The notes: generated from the letters alone by a model not told the origin. Numbered from the stretch's first letter, positions 40,425 to 52,872 are shown. The stretch is 62,046 bases of DNA from Octopus bimaculoides (GCF_001194135.2 NC_068985.1:60077352-60139397), one strand, 5' to 3'. Numbers and translations: made by a program.

Positions 40425-41149
40425 GTTTTGATAATCACTTGCTTCTCCAACCACTTACCTCCTCCTCCACCATCCCACTCTATATAAACATGCTCTCTCA
40501 GATTCCTACTACATTTCAATAATCCCACCAAAAGAATACAAACCCAGAAGATGTTCAGATAAAGAATCTTGTTTTTTCAACGCAGTACGTCTATCACTTC
40601 TATTTCAGTGCAGATCATAATCCCCTCTTAGTTCTGTAAACATAGTTTTCGTCTTCCATCTTAAAAACAAACTTAAGTTCACATGAATACCCTTATTGTC
40701 ACTTTCTCATGCATCTATTTACTTTTGTCATATTGTCAATTATTCATTTCTCTAATTTTGTCATAGATTGGCTGACCGGAAATTCTAAGAGTTTTGAATT
40801 CTATCTTCTATTAATATGCCATTCCTAACACCAGTATTGCTGTTTCACGGTTCACCCACCCTCACCAGCAGTATCAGAAGTCCCTATCCTCTTTCCCCCA
40901 CCAACAATACTGGAAGTCCCTATCCTATCACCCCCACCACCAGTACCAGAAGTCCCTATCCTCTGACAGCCTTCGGTTGTCTACCATGAACACTTCTGAA
41001 GGCTTAATGCCATCCCCACCACTACTTAGGGTCCATCTTCTATGTAAGGTTGTGATCATTATAGTGCATAAAAATGATGGTGTAGTGTATGCAGGTTGAA
41101 GGCTGTTGTTTGTTTATGAATTCTGCCAAATGTGAACTTTCTTTTCAGG

Positions 41150-43550
41150 TACATGACACTGCTGTTCCCCATCCCAGGGTCACACGGGCCCACACCTCCC
41201 ACACCCTCAACGTGGGCACACTCAACGTGGGCACACTCAACGTGGGCACACNNNNNNNNNNTCAACGTGGGCACACTCAACGTGGGCACACTCAACGTGG
41301 GCACACTGGAAGGTAGGTCTGGTGAGATTGTTGAGATGCTAGAAGGGAGACGTGTAGATTTGTGCTGCATCCAAGAAGTAAGGTGGAGAGGAGGCTCTGC
41401 TAGGTTCCTCACAGGCAAAGAACATAGATACAAGATCTTCTGGGCAGGGAACACTGACGGGGTTGGGGGAATGAGTATACTTCTTGCAGAGAAATGGGTC
41501 GATAAGGTAATCAAGGTAGTCAGAGTCTGCAATAGAATACTTAAGATTAGATTAGTGCTACATTATAGGTTAGCAACCTTTATCTCAGCCTATGCCCCTC
41601 AGCCGGGGCTACCCGATGGACAGAAAGACTGGTTTTATGACATCCTTTTGCTGACTACTTCGTTGACGAATGACAGGGACCTTCTCTTTGTACCTGGTGA
41701 TTTCAATGGACATGTTGGACAACATGCAGGGGACTTCCATGGCATACATGGTGGCAATGGTTTTGGTTCCTGCAATGAGGAGGGAACCAGGTTGCTGGAG
41801 TTCTGTGATGTAAATGATCCTATGGTTTGCAATACTAACTTCAGGAAACCTGCCAGTCACCTAGTCACTTACCAATCTGGTAGACACATTAGCCAAATTG
41901 ACTACATCCTTGCCAGGAAATGGGAAAGATGGCTGCTTATAAATGCCAAAACCTTCCCAGGCAAAGAATGTACCCAGCAACATAGACTAGTAGTTAGCAA
42001 TTAGTTTGAATCAGGACTAAATGGATGCCCAGAAGTCGACCAGCATGGAGGAGAAGAGTCTGGAAGCTTAAAGATCCTGCAAATGGACAGAGATTTAGAG
42101 ACGTATTACTCAAAGCTTTTGATGAAATAGAGGGGGATATAGCATCACATGATGTGGAAGACAACTGGAGGTTTCTATGGGACAACCTGCTGAGGGCCAC
42201 TGACTAGGTCTGTGGATGGTGCAAAGTCCCCTCTCGACCCAAGGCAATGTGGTGGTGGAACAATGTTGTTGACAGGACCATTAGGGAAAAGAAACAGGCT
42301 TGGAAGGACTGGAAGAATGGTGGTAGCAAGGAATCGTATCAGACTGCCAAAAGGGAAGTTAGGAGACAGGTTTATTTAGCCAGTGGGGAAGCAGATAAGA
42401 AAAAATTTTCCAATGTTCTGCACCGTGAGGACCAAAGACTTGAGGTATTTCGTGCTGCGAGACAGTGTGTACAAGGAGTACATTAAAGAGTTCCAGGTAG
42501 AGGTAGGGGTCCACCAAGGTTCAGTCCTCAGCCTCCTCCTATTTATCATAGTCCTCCTGGCAATAACACAGGAATTCAAGACAGTATGCCCCTGGGAGCT
42601 CCTCTATGCTGATGACCTTGCTCTTATTACTGAGTCACTATCAGAACTATAGAAGTTTCAGGTGTGGAAGCAAGGAAAAAATCGAAGGGCCTTAGAGTCA
42701 ACCTAGCTAAAACCAAAGTCTTAATAAGTAAGAAGGCAGACAAACCACAAATCTTTTCAGGTAGATGGCCCTGCTTGACCTGTGGAAAAGGTGTAGGTAG
42801 AAACTCTATGAGATGTACCCTGTGTAAGCTATGGACACATAAGAGGTGCAGCAAAAACAAAAGAAGGCTAACTCGGAAGATAGTTTTTGTATGTGGCAAA
42901 TGCTCAGGTGCTATAAACACTGAAAATGTGCAGAGAACAGCTTCTGTCACATTCCAGGGAGAAAAACTAGAAGTAGTTGATAGCTTCCGTTATCTAGGCG
43001 ACCAAGTTAGTAGCAGGTGTGGATACTCTGAAAGTGTAGCTGCTAGAATAAGAATAGCCTGGGCAAAGTTCAGAGAGCTCCTACCTCTGCTGGTGACAAA
43101 GGGCCTCTCGCTCAGAGTAAAAGGTAGACTGTATGACGCATGTGTATGAACAGCCATGTTACATGGCAGTGAAACATGGGCCGTGACTGCTGAGGACATA
43201 CATAAGCCTGTAAGGAATGAAGCCAGTATGCTCCGCTGGATGTGTAATGTCAGTGTGCATACACGACAGAGTGCCGCTGGATTGGCTCCTGTGCAAGTGG
43301 CACATAAAAAACACCATTTGAACGTGGCCATCGCCAGTACCACCTGACTGGCCCTCGTGCCAGTGGCACATAAAAAGCACCCAATACACTCTCGGAGTGG
43401 TTGGCGTTAGGAAGGGCATCCAGCTGTAGAAACTCTGCCAGATCAGATTGGAGCCTGGTGCAACCATCTGGCTCGCCAGTCCTTAGTCAAATCATCCAAC
43501 CCATGCCGGCATGGAAAGCAGATGTTAAACGATGATGATGATGATGATGA
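41150..43550 (+). mobile_element. RTE-clade LINE, internally deleted
   Basis: APE endonuclease ORF (LNVGTL, CIQEVRW, SAYAPQ, GDFNGHVG, SQIDYIL). RT remnant GVHQGSVLS..LLYADDL, C-terminal YLGD..LYDACV..LHGSETW, and a 3' UTR ending in (GAT)n. Stops are present and the RT N-half is deleted near 42470. Confidence 0.93.
41206..41305 (+). repeat. 15-bp tandem repeat (ctcaacgtgggcaca, encoding LNVGT), at least 6 copies, spans a 10-N gap
   Basis: Visible directly. Confidence 0.9.
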
Positions 43551-43844
43551 ATGAGTAGCAAGTTATTATATGCAATAAAGTTACAATAAAATTTTGACAT
43601 CTTGTGACCTGTAGTTTGTGGTTCCATAATGTTTGTTTCTGATTCTATTAATTTGTAAGTGGTTATTTGGATCACAATGTTAAAACTTTTGTAGGGAGTG
43701 GTAGGTGTTGCTAGTAATTCAACATTATCCTGGGGAGTTGACTGTAGAGCTACATGAAATTAAGTGCCTTACCTAAGGCAGTATGATATCACCTGAGTCT
43801 CTTTTCTGCACTTTTTATTGAAACTATTTCCTGCTTATAAAATC

Positions 43845-46140
43845 CTTATCTGCAATACTAGCTTCAGGAAATCAGCCAGTCACTTGTTCACCTATCTGTC
43901 TGGTGAACACACAAGCCAGATTGACTACATTCTCACCAGAAAATGTGAAAGATGGTTGCTTATGAATGCAAAGACCTTCCCAGGTGAAGAGCGCACTGTC
44001 GTTAGTGACTTCAGACACAGAGATAAAAGGGTGCCATGAAGACAACCAGTCTGGAAAAGAAAGATCTGGAAGTTTAAGGATCATCTCAATAGTCAGAGAT
44101 TCACAGACATTTTACTTGAAGAGAAAGAGGGAGATATAGATACATGTAAGATAGAGGACAACTTAATGAGGACCACTGTGGCTGGTGCAAAGTCTCCTCT
44201 GGGCTAAGGTGATATGGTGGTGAAATAGTATAGGGGCCATTAGAATGAAGAAACGAACCTGGAAGGACTGGAAGAGTGGTGGTAGCAGGGAACTATATCA
44301 ACTCGAAGGGAAGCTAGAAGACAGGTATATTTAGCCAGGAGAGGAGCAGAAAGGAAGAAATTTGCCATTGTTCTGTGATGTAAGAACCTGCAGATTGAGG
44401 TGTTTTGGATTGCAAGACAGTGTAACAGAAAAAATTGTGGTGTTGTCGGAGAGAATTGTTTGCATTGATGATGGATTGCTTGCAGTTAGTGATTTTGCAA
44501 AAGAGAATGCATAGGAGGAGAGTTTTCCTGATGTGGGCCCAACAGAGGGACCAGCTATCCAAATCAACAGTAACTTGGTAGATAAAGCAATTAAGGATAT
44601 GAAGACAGGGAAAGCTCCTGGCCCTTGAGGAATCATTGCTGAGATGCTTAAAATATCTGGCTGAGTGAGATATAGCCTAGTTACTTGCATAATTAATCAG
44701 GTTGTCCATGGGGGAGTCATCCCCAACAACTGGTCAAGCAGCACCATAGTCAACTGCTACAAAGGCAAAGGTGATGCTTTAGACAGAAATAATTACAGAG
44801 GTATCAAATTGTTGGACCAGGTGATGAAGGTTACAGAGAAGGTCATAGCTCAGCTAATTAGGAAGAGAGTTAGCTTGGATGAGATGCAGTTTGGTTTTGT
44901 GCCAGGGAAAAGCATTACTGATGCTATCTTCCTGGTAAGGCAACTGCTGGAGAAGCATTTAGCGAAGAATAAACTTCTGAACATGGCTTTTTGTAGACCT
45001 AAAGAGAGCCTTTGACAGTCCCCCACTCCCTCATCTGGTGGTCTATGCAGAAGTTAGGAATAGAGTGGTTGGCATGAGCACTACAAGCCATGTACAAGGA
45101 TGCTGTCAGCAAGGTGGTTGTTGGCAGTGAATATAGCAATGAATTTAGTGTACAAATAGCTCACCAAGGATCAGTTCTCAGCCCCCTCTTGTTCATCATA
45201 GTTCTCCAGGCTTTAACAGGAATTTCAAACTGGCTTCCCTAAGGAGCTCCTGTACACTGATGACCTTATAGTTGAATCACTATCAGAACTAGTGTGAAAA
45301 TTTCAAGTGTGGTAGCAAAGTCTGGAATCTAAGAGCCTTAGAGTTAATTTAGCTCAGACTAAAGTTCATGTAAGTAGGAAAATGGACAAATCTCAAATCC
45401 CCTCAGTGATTTGTAGGAAAGGTGGTGGTAGAAACTCCATATATTGTACTCAATACAAGCTATGGACACCTAAGAGGTGCATCAGTATTAGAGAAGGTTA
45501 ACAGAAAAAGTAGCCTTTGTGTGTGGCAGATGTGCAGGTACAATAAACACTAAGAATGTATAGAGAATAGACTGCTTCAAATGTCAGAGCTTGATAGCAA
45601 GGAGAGAAATACTTGATAGCTTCCTTTACCCAGGCAACCACGTTAGCAGTGGAGGAGGAAGTTCTGAAAGCATAGTTGCTAGATAAAGAACAGGCTTGGC
45701 AAAGTTCAGAGGGCTACAGCCTTTGTTGGTAACAAAGGGTTAGGGCTTCTTCTTAAGAGTGAAAGGTAGATTGTATGATACCTGTGTACATACAGCTATG
45801 GCAGTGAAACATGGGCTATGATTATAGAGGATATATGAATACTTGAAAGACATGAAACCAGCATGCTCTACTGAATGGGTGATGTTAGTGTAAATGAGAA
45901 AATTGGGTATAAATGTGCAAGAGAGGAAGACTGCACTGGTATGATCATGTGATGCATATGAATGAGGACAGCTGCATAAAGAAGTGTCAATCTCTTATTG
46001 TGAAAGGAACCTGTGGATGGGGTAGACTCAAGAAGACATGGGACAAAGTAGTGAGAAAGGAGCTTCAGATGTTGGGCTCGTGGAGGGGATGACAAGGGAT
46101 CAAGACTTCTAGCTAAGTAAAACTGTGGCTGTCCTAACAT
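43845..46140 (+). mobile_element. Second decayed RTE LINE, in tandem with the first
   Basis: QIDYILTRK, CYKGKGDALDRNNYRGIKLL..QFGFVPGKS.TDAIF and ELLYTDD; many stops and frameshifts. Confidence 0.9.
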
Positions 46141-46512
46141 CATCATCATTTAACATTTGTTTTCCATGCAGCACAGGTTGGACAGTGCTAGCAGGATAGC
46201 CTCTTTGCTTCTCTCTCAGCTGAGAGGTTTTTCTTTTGATGGCTCACAAGTGCTGGTGCTACATAAAAAACATTAGTGCTGGTGCCACGTAAAATGCACC
46301 CAGAATACTCAGTGAAGTGGTTGGCATTAAGAAAGACATCCAGCTGCAGAAACCATGCCAAAACAGACAATTGGAACCTGGTCAGCTCCTGTCAACTGTC
46401 CAACCCATGCCAGCATTGAAAGCAAATGTTAAATGATGGTGATGATGACAATAAATCATTTTTTTATTCCAGAACGATTCCCTGAAAAATGTTTGTAATT
46501 TTTTTTTTTTAG

Positions 46513-46612
46513 GACGGAAAATGAGGTATGCCAACGATGATGTTTAGGCTCTCATTTCTGGTTGTTGACCAATTATTTAAATCTGACCAAAACCTGTTAT
46601 CCATCAACATTG
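46513..46612 (+). other. RBBP5: Candidate RBBP5 alternative exon (GRKMRYANDDV*, TAG at 46545-46547)
   Basis: T-tract + AG acceptor at 46511-46512; donors GTATG (46526) and GTAAGG (46613). Unique sequence between repeats. No transcript evidence. Confidence 0.5.
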
Positions 46613-47445
46613 GTAAGGACAATTTTGTTTTCAAATTTACAATTTAAGATCCCACTGCCCTTTCAGTTAGGTGAATTTGGTTGTGGTGGGGCAATATGAA
46701 TGAAATTAGATATGAGACAGTGTCAAGTTATGACTTTTAAATGTTTCCAAACGATCTGAAGTTGTGGCTTCTATTCTTTGGAGGAATCTTCATTTTATAT
46801 CTTGTATTAGATAGGTTACCTCTTGTTGCAGTTATTTGGCTATTTTCTCCATTGTTAAATGACCAGGAGGTTTGTATATTGACAAATTACAATCCTGCAC
46901 TACGTTACTAAAGTGTGTGAATTTAAGTAACTCATTTGCAGTCAGGTGGTTCTGGGTTCAGTCCCACTAGAAGGCAAATCTCATTGACCCTAGTCTCAGT
47001 TTCCCCAAGTAATTTACCAGTGAAATTAGGTAGACCATAACTGCACTGAAGCCAGCCGGATGGTCCATAAGTTATTGGTTGGCAAGCTTATTCAGTGTCA
47101 TGTCTTAAAGTGATTCCTTGGTCCTCAAACAGTCATAGATGCCGTACTCCCCGAGGCATAAAGAGTAGTCAGCAGATACCATTAACGCAAACGAGGTACC
47201 AGCTGTCCTGGGCAAGGGAAGTAACTCAGTTAAAACAAGTAACTTTTATTGTTGAAATCTCTAATAAAGGAAAAACATGTTCAAAATCTTAAATACTTTG
47301 AATAATATGTCGTAATGAATTAAGACATTCTGTTGTAATGTAAATAGAATTTATTAGAAATTCAAATATTAAACATTTTAACTCGTTATGTTTTTATTTT
47401 TAATAAAATCTATTTTTGATTTTTGCCTCCATTTTTTTTTTGCAG

Positions 47446-47459
47446 ATCTGCCTGAATAG
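47446..47459 (+). CDS. RBBP5: RBBP5 probable terminal coding exon (DLPE*), followed by 3' UTR
   Basis: Strong acceptor (tttttttttttgcag), phase-compatible with exon 15, followed by AT-rich unique UTR-like sequence. Total CDS is 1551 nt = 516 aa. Confidence 0.65.
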
Positions 47460-47919
47460 CTGTATGCATCATCTGGAATTTAGACCCTACATGACAGAGA
47501 ACAGCTTATTTTCAACAATTCTCTATTTTTTTATATACATATCCATTTGAATCCCAATTCCATATATTCATTTTTCAAATAGTCGTTGCTAGATAATACA
47601 ATACCGAGTGGATTAAGACTATTAGTTTAATATAATAGATATAGTCTGTGTCTACACTTTCATTATTTACAATGGATTGGGATGTCAACACATTTACATT
47701 AAATTTATTTTCTTCCATCTATAAAATAGACCAATACAATTGAAAATCTTAAATTAATACATAGCTTTAGGTGTAGCTATGTCTATAACAACATAGATTA
47801 ACAGCTATATGTATAGCTTGTAATATATACAGCTACAGACATTGTTATGGAAGTAGCTATGTATAATATAGTTATATATATATACAACTATATAGATTGT
47901 TTTGGTAGTAGTGTAGTTA

Positions 47920-48635
47920 TTATATATATACATATACATATATATACATATACATATATATACATATACATATATATATACATATACATATACATATACA
48001 TATATATATACATATATATACATATATATACATATATATACATATATATACATATATATACATATATATACATATATATACATATATATACATATATATA
48101 CATATACATATATATACATATATATATACATACATATACATATACATATATATACATATACANNNNNNNNNNNNNNNNNNNNNNNNNNNNNNNNNNNNNN
48201 NNNNNNNNNNNNNNNNNNNNNNNNNNNNNNNNNNNNNNNNNNNNNNNNNNNNNNNNNNNNNNNNNNNNNNNNNNNNNNNNNNNNNNNNNNNNNNNNNNNN
48301 NNNNNNNNNNNNNNNNNNNNNNNNNNNNNNNNNNNNNNNNNNNNNNNNNNNNNNNNNNNNNNATATATACATACATATATATATACATACATATATATAT
48401 ACATACATACATATATATATACATACATATATATATACATACATATACATACATATATATATACATACATATACATACATATATATATACATACATATAC
48501 ATATATATATACATACATATACATACATATATATATACATACATATACATACATATATATATACATACATATACATACATATATATATACATATATATAT
48601 ACATATATATATACATATATATATACATATATATA
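47920..48635. repeat. Compound (TA)/(TACA)/(TACATA) microsatellite with a 200-N gap
   Basis: Visible directly; gap at 48163-48362. Confidence 0.97.
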
Positions 48636-49084
48636 ATTCCATGCATAAATTCTTAGAGTTGGTTCAATATCATTTTTCATTACCCCACCATCTCACTGTA
48701 AACATTTTCATTCTTTGTAATTTTCTGCCTTCATCAAACATTTTTACAATAAAAGAAAATTATTACTTTCATTTTGTCTTAATATTTTTTTACCAATTTA
48801 CAGCAAGAAGGTGGTGAAGCGACAACCAAAATGGTTAGTGATATTTAATCACATTACTATAGTTTCAGTTCAAATCCTACTCCAGTCATCCTCCTAGTAT
48901 GGAGGAGTTTCAATTCAAGTATCTGGGACCAATTTCAGCAGTCTTCTTTCTTTCTCTCACCTGTAAATTGGAGACTACAAGATGTTGCTTAGAAGTCATT
49001 ATTTTCTGTCAAAGATATAGTGTTGACTTTATCACAAATTACTGAACATTACAGATAAGATATATTGTTTAGGAAAACAAACAA

Positions 49085-49505
49085 TCACAAGATGTTTACA
49101 TAGATAGGCGTGCTGTTTTCCTTATCAACATCCTTTAGTGGCTGTGGTTCCCAATAAAGGCCAGAAGTAAGTTTGTCATTACTGTTGATGTTTTTCATCA
49201 CAGTCTGTGGTTCACAATAGAGGTCAGACAGTTTGTCACTGCTGTTAATGGTTTTCATTGTAGTTTGTGGTTCAGCATAGAGGCCAGACATTAGTTTGTC
49301 ATTGCTGTCAACGGTTTTCAGTGCAGCTTGTGGATCATAATAAATGCTTGTAGTGATTTTCTCATAAATGTGTGACTCTTCATTTTCTTGTGAAAGCTGA
49401 CAGTTGACTATAGTATTAGGGCTCACATAAATACTGCTCACATCTGGCTGACTGTATGGGTGCATTTGTCTCCGCTGTACAGTTCCATGTTTTGATATCT
49501 GGTAT
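49085..49505 (-). CDS. Orphan membrane protein, terminal exon: Tyr-motif cytoplasmic tail
   Basis: Acceptor atatatttcag at 49506; phase 2 matches the TM exon (CG|A). Open to TGA at 49085-49087 and includes the 126-aa ORF-track entry. Internal 60-63 nt coding repeats. Confidence 0.85.
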
Positions 49506-52097
49506 CTGAAATATATTTACAACAAACACAATTTCAAGATCCTGTTGTTTTTCTGTGTACAATCAAAACATAAATTCATTGTTATAAAACAGCTGAATTA
49601 AACAGAAAGTGTATTTAAAAAAGATTTAATTTCTAAGACAGTGTTTCACTTATGTAGAAATGTATTGGTAGATAAAACTGTATAGAAATCCATCATTATA
49701 TATATTTATTTATATATAATTATTATAGCATCCACTTTTCCATAGTTGCATGGAACAGAATTTGTTGAGGCAAATTTTCTACGGCAGGATGCCCTTTTTT
49801 TCACCAACCCTTACCTGTTTCCAAGCAAGGTTATATTTCTCTGTTGCTGAGACAGGTTTTCATGAAACATTTAAAATGAATGACCTATAGTCAAAGTGCA
49901 TCCAAGAAATTTATCTCTGACATAATGAAATTAAAACATTTCACAGTCACACATCTCGCATTTCTTTTGCGGTTGACTGTATAGTAGACAGCAATGATGT
50001 AGTTTATCTTTTATACTTTACTTGTTTCAGTCATTAGACTGCGACCATACTGGGGTACCACTTGAAGGATATTTAGTCAAATGAACTGACCCCAGTACTT
50101 ATTTTCTTTTTAAGCCCGATACTTATTCCACTGGTCTCTTTTGCCAAACTGCTAAGTTACAGGGATGTAAACACACCAGCACCAGTTGTCAAGTAGTGGT
50201 GGGGAACAAACAGACACACATTTACAACAGGTTTTTTTTCAGTTTCTGTCTACCAAATCCACTCACACAGCTTTGGTTGGCCTGCATGCCCAAGGTGCCA
50301 AGCAGTGGGACTGAAACTGAAACCATGTGGTTGGGAAGCATGCTCATCACAAACATACATGACCAAGTATTCCACAGATATGTGCACCCTTAATATAGTT
50401 CTCAGGCAGATTCTGTGACAGGACTGTACCTTTTTGATTATTTGTACAATGCACTCAATAGGCTTCTATAAAGTTTCCATCTACCCCATCTTGTTCATAA
50501 TGTAATGGGCTAAAGCAAGGTTACAGAAGTAACAATTGCATAAGATGTCATGCAGTGTGACAACCTAAGACCACATGGTTGTGAAGCAAACTTCATAGCC
50601 ATTTGGCTATACGGCATCTAATAAGTATGTTTATAAATATAAATGAATATATAGACACAGAAATGCTTTTGTGTGTGAGTAGACACAGCTGTGTTATGGA
50701 CTTCTCAACTATGTGGTTTCTGGTTCAACCCTTTTGCATGGCACTTTAGGCAAGTGTCTTCCATGACGCCCAGATTTACTTATAACAAAAGACGAAAGAA
50801 GCCTCACTGTGTGTGTGTTTGTGTCTCCATGTCTTGACATTACATGATGGTTATAAATAAGTGCCACTGTCATTCATTCCAAGAGGAATAGTCAATTACA
50901 TCGATCTCAGTGCTTGAGCATTACTTATTTTATCGACTCCAAAAGGATGACAGGAAAAGTCAACCTTGGCGGAATTTGAACTAAGATCATAAAGATGGAC
51001 AAAATACTGTTAAGCCTTTTATCCAGCATGCTAACAATTCTGTGAGCTTGCCACCTTGATAAACCACATCATTGAAAGACAGAGATTCATCACCATGTGT
51101 TTGCATGTACAAGTTGATATTTATATGGCTTCACTTGACAGCATCCATGAGAAACTGTTTTATAATGTTTACATTCCTTGCTGATCCTGTGACCAGTTGC
51201 TCTGTACTTTTCTATGGCAGTGGAATAAAAAAAAAAAATCCGTTGAAGAAGCAGGTAAAGACTGATAGCAGGAAGGACACCCTGCTTAAATAGACTCCCA
51301 GTATAGATAAACGGATTATCACTAGAATAGCTTTGATATTAAGATATTAAGGCAACATGCTGACAGAATAGTTAGTGTTGGGGAAAATGTTTAACAGTAT
51401 TTTGTCCATCTTCACTTGCTGAGTTCAAATTCCACCGAGATCAACTTTCCCTTTCATCCTTTCAAGGTCAATAAAAGAAGCACTAGTTGAACACTGAAAT
51501 TACTGGCCTTGTGCCAAAATTTGAAACTAATATTAATCAAGAGATTTCTTGAAAGTTTCTCTAAGAGCAGCACAAGATTTCATAACTCTAAAACTCTCTT
51601 TGACTTGAATCATCCTGTGATAAGCAGGTGGAGTTCAATATTTCTGTCATCTTTCAACAAGGACATACCCACAGTCAGTTTGCTAGAAATAACAGCCAAA
51701 ATTCCTTCAAATCATTCACCACTCACCCCAACTTTTATAAAAGACTTTTGATAATGTAGTACTGAGTTTGCAGCAGATAGAAAACAGTCGGGTAGGTCAT
51801 ATAGTCATATGATCATATGGTCTGCTCAGTCAAGGATGAGCTAATGAAGAAATATCTGTGGTAGTAGTCACTAGATTTGCTAGAAATAGCAGTCAAACCT
51901 TTCACAAAACATGTCCTAGCATCTTAGAAATTGGATAATGTATTTCAGATTACACTATGACCCATCCAAGGCATAAATGGCTTGATCATAGATCTGCTGG
52001 CTCAGAGCTGACCTAGGGCTAAACAACAACTTACATAGGTTATTAACCCACTGATCTTATAATCTTGCTACAGAAGAAATATAAGAAAGATTCTTAC

Positions 52098-52173
52098 CGC
52101 CTCCATATTAATCCAATGATAAGAGCCATTATCAAAAAAAGGCCTCCAATTAGACAGCTAATGAGGATAATTT
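52098..52173 (-). CDS. Orphan membrane protein, transmembrane exon (KIILISCLIGGLFLIMALIIGLIWRR)
   Basis: Acceptor tttttctatcattacag and GTAAGA donor. 76 nt, phase 1-2. 23 hydrophobic residues followed by an RR stop-transfer signal. Confidence 0.85.
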
Positions 52174-52396
52174 CTGTAATGATAGAAAAATCAGTTGTAC
52201 AAATATTTGTCTCAGTTAATTCGAGTTTAAAATATACATATGCAAATAGGTAACAATTATATTTGGCTGGTGTTTATAGACTGTTAGCAGCTCATTTACC
52301 TGCATTTATTCATTTTGTGTCTATTTTTTTCCATGCTAGCATGGTTGAAATGAATATTTTATTTTGACATATTGTTTTACAGCTAGATGCCCTTCC

Positions 52397-52872
52397 TGGA
52401 TGTCTGCAGGGCTTTAGAGCTGAGTGGAGTGGTATCTGATTTTGTTGTATTATGTAGGCCATGGAGTTTTCTGTATTGTGACATCACACACACTGCTGTT
52501 ATGTTTAACCTTTAGTGTTCATATTACTGTCACTGGAGTGGTATCCATGGATAATAGTTTGGATTCTTCCAGTTTTATTACAAATGTGCAACTCAACACA
52601 GATATGTACCTTCTGATGTAACAGCATCAGTGTGTAAGAGCAACACAACATGCATTTATTCACACTGATTTAGAGTGTGTGTTTTTATTTAGGACACACC
52701 AGTAATCCAAACTATTATCCATGGATACCACTCCAGTGATAGTAATATGAACATTAAAGGTTAAACATAACAGCAGTGTGTGTGATGTCACAATACAGAA
52801 AACTCCATGGCCTACATAATACAACAAAATCAGATACCACTCCACTCAGCTCTAAAGCCCTGCAGACATCCA
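52397..52872. repeat. Fold-back inverted repeat: 169-bp arms (167/169 complementary), 138-nt spacer
   Basis: Direct comparison of 52397-52565 with 52704-52872. Confidence 0.95.

Noticed and set aside
41206-41305. Regular short repeats as a possible CRISPR array
   Set aside because: No spacers; eukaryotic context; lies inside a LINE ORF.
41132-43550. Potentially active full-length RTE LINE
   Set aside because: Stop after the endonuclease, deletion of the RT N-half near 42470, and frameshifts.
47805-48680. Long ORFs of 240-291 aa on both strands
   Set aside because: Translations of (TA)/(TACA) microsatellite and an N gap; not coding.
52424-52845. Repeated 61-65 aa ORFs MEWYLILLYY.. (also 54314-54511)
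   Set aside because: They arise from the inverted duplication, start at GTG/TTG-type codons and have no splice support.
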